Source: Raillietiella orientalis
Taxonomy: Eukaryota
Assembly (NCBI GenBank): GCA_036172245.1
Contig: JAYWIR010000026.1
Span: 2,356,001 to 2,420,000 of the forward strand
DNA length: 64,000 nucleotides
Direction: 5' to 3'
The position numbers and the translations under genes were made by a program. The notes under the pieces are model-generated. The model saw only the letters and a program-made list of their open reading frames with translations, was not told where the DNA came from and ran no database searches. Below, one piece after another: positions 62,661 to 64,000 of the stretch. Position 1 is the first letter of the stretch. Each line of letters starts with the position of its first letter.

Positions 62661-64000
62661 ATTATAAGTCTTTCATCGAGAAACTATCATCCGAGAGCAC
62701 ATTTTGCAGGAAATGAAGAAAACACAAAAACAAAAACGACTCTGCTTAAGTTAGCAAATCCAACCAGAAAACAATCAAAATAATTCATCCCATTTTAGGC
62801 TACTCCAAACATACAAAGCTACTTTTGCAATAAAATGGAGATCCACTAATGAAACGTAAAAGTATTACCAATATCATCCAATGCTGCAAGAAGATACATT
62901 TTATTCTTGCGGGTGCACATGTAAACATTTTAAACTTAAATGAAACCGTTAATTGGATTTCCATAGTAATAAACATAGTTATAAAATTAATATTAGTGCT
63001 GTATCTATTTCCAATTTTAACACATGTCGATCTCAAATTACATAATCATGAAAATATTTCGTCTCCAATTTGATTACTTCACTTGAGGCTCTTTCCTTTC
63101 AACATATCCAAAACTAAAACTAGAGTTCACACCATTTGCATGTTGCAAAGCCACCTAGAAAGGGAAAGAAAGTTTTAAAGCTGTAGGGAGTGAAAAACTT
63201 AATTAGTTGCGCGTTTCTATATTCTACTTCTATGAAGCACAGTTTCCTCAGGAAAAAGGCTATCTTGGCAGAACATTCTCTGAGAAATTGAGGTTTTTTT
63301 GAAAGCATCATTGTAGCATGCTATGAGGTTATTTCTTCGAGAATTCGAACGTCACTGCCTAAAGTCGCATTGGAACTTAATGTTCAGTCTCAACTTAACT
63401 GCATCGAATTCATAGACTTGTTTCTATATAAGTTCATATACTCTACCTTGGTTCATTTTTTTTCTTTCTTAGTTCATCACGTACGCGAATCACTGTATTT
63501 AGAACTTATTTATTTTTAAAAATGCACTCATCGAAGGAAAGGTTTCATTCCTAACCATTTCAAGTCAGCACTCTATATTGTATCATGCTGATTTCAAAGA
63601 TGCTAGAGATCTCTTCTTGTGTTCCCCTATTCCAAAAAGTGAACACGTTTGATTTACTCTTCTTATTTGTGAGTTATCTTTAATTTGCATTGCTCTTTTA
63701 TATTGATTATGAAGTTCGATTTTTTTGATGTCTTGAGACATGATAATGATTTTAAAAGCTTTCCTTAGAAGTGAAAATGGATGTTTTAGAATTTGTGTGA
63801 GCGTTGTAATGGACACTGCATAAACTTTCCTGTGAAGTGGATCCACTTAGAAAGCACTCACTGCTTATGGATAAAAAAATGAAACAAGACATCAAGAAGT
63901 GAAGTCCTCGAGTGAGACCAGAGTGACGAGTGTCAGTTTAGAAAGAAACTTTGGGAGGTTCTGGATACTTTTCACTAAATTACTGCGATGGAGTTGCCGA

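Noticed and set aside
63583..63846. Minus-strand 87-aa ORF near the window end
   Set aside because: No motif or clear splice signals; it could belong to a feature outside the window but cannot be supported.
1..64000. GC-rich blocks as bacterial contamination or horizontal transfer
   Set aside because: They contain spliceosomal animal genes (TBC1D30, RNF7 exon 2), and RNF7 spans both an AT and a GC block.

Overview
Eukaryotic (animal, probably arthropod; species not determinable) genomic DNA with spliceosomal GT-AG genes. It is a sharp mosaic of GC/CpG-rich blocks (about 1-23 kb and 42.8-59.6 kb) and AT-rich, CpG-poor blocks with tiny 40-60 nt introns (about 24-41.6 kb and 60-64 kb). I reconstructed six genes by hand with consistent exon phases: TBC1D30 (+, 11 coding exons), a domeless/gp130-like cytokine receptor (+, 15 exons), POLE4-like histone-fold protein (+), RNF7/RBX2/Roc2 (+, two exons split by a 16.4 kb intron), a Tret1-like sugar transporter nested antisense in that intron, and ARGLU1 (-). 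The window opens with the frameshifted 3' end of an L1/Tx1-like non-LTR retrotransposon. The most notable observations are the Roc2/Tret1 nesting, a compositional boundary running through one gene, a ~460 bp inverted repeat bracketing the first TBC1D30 coding exon, a candidate 7-nt Tret1 microexon, RFX X-box-like motifs (one palindromic, one in a 3x49 bp tandem repeat) and a candidate poison exon in ARGLU1. Nearly all long ORFs in the GC-rich blocks look like compositional artefacts. No CRISPR, rRNA or tRNA was recognised. All homology calls are from recalled motifs, not database searches.
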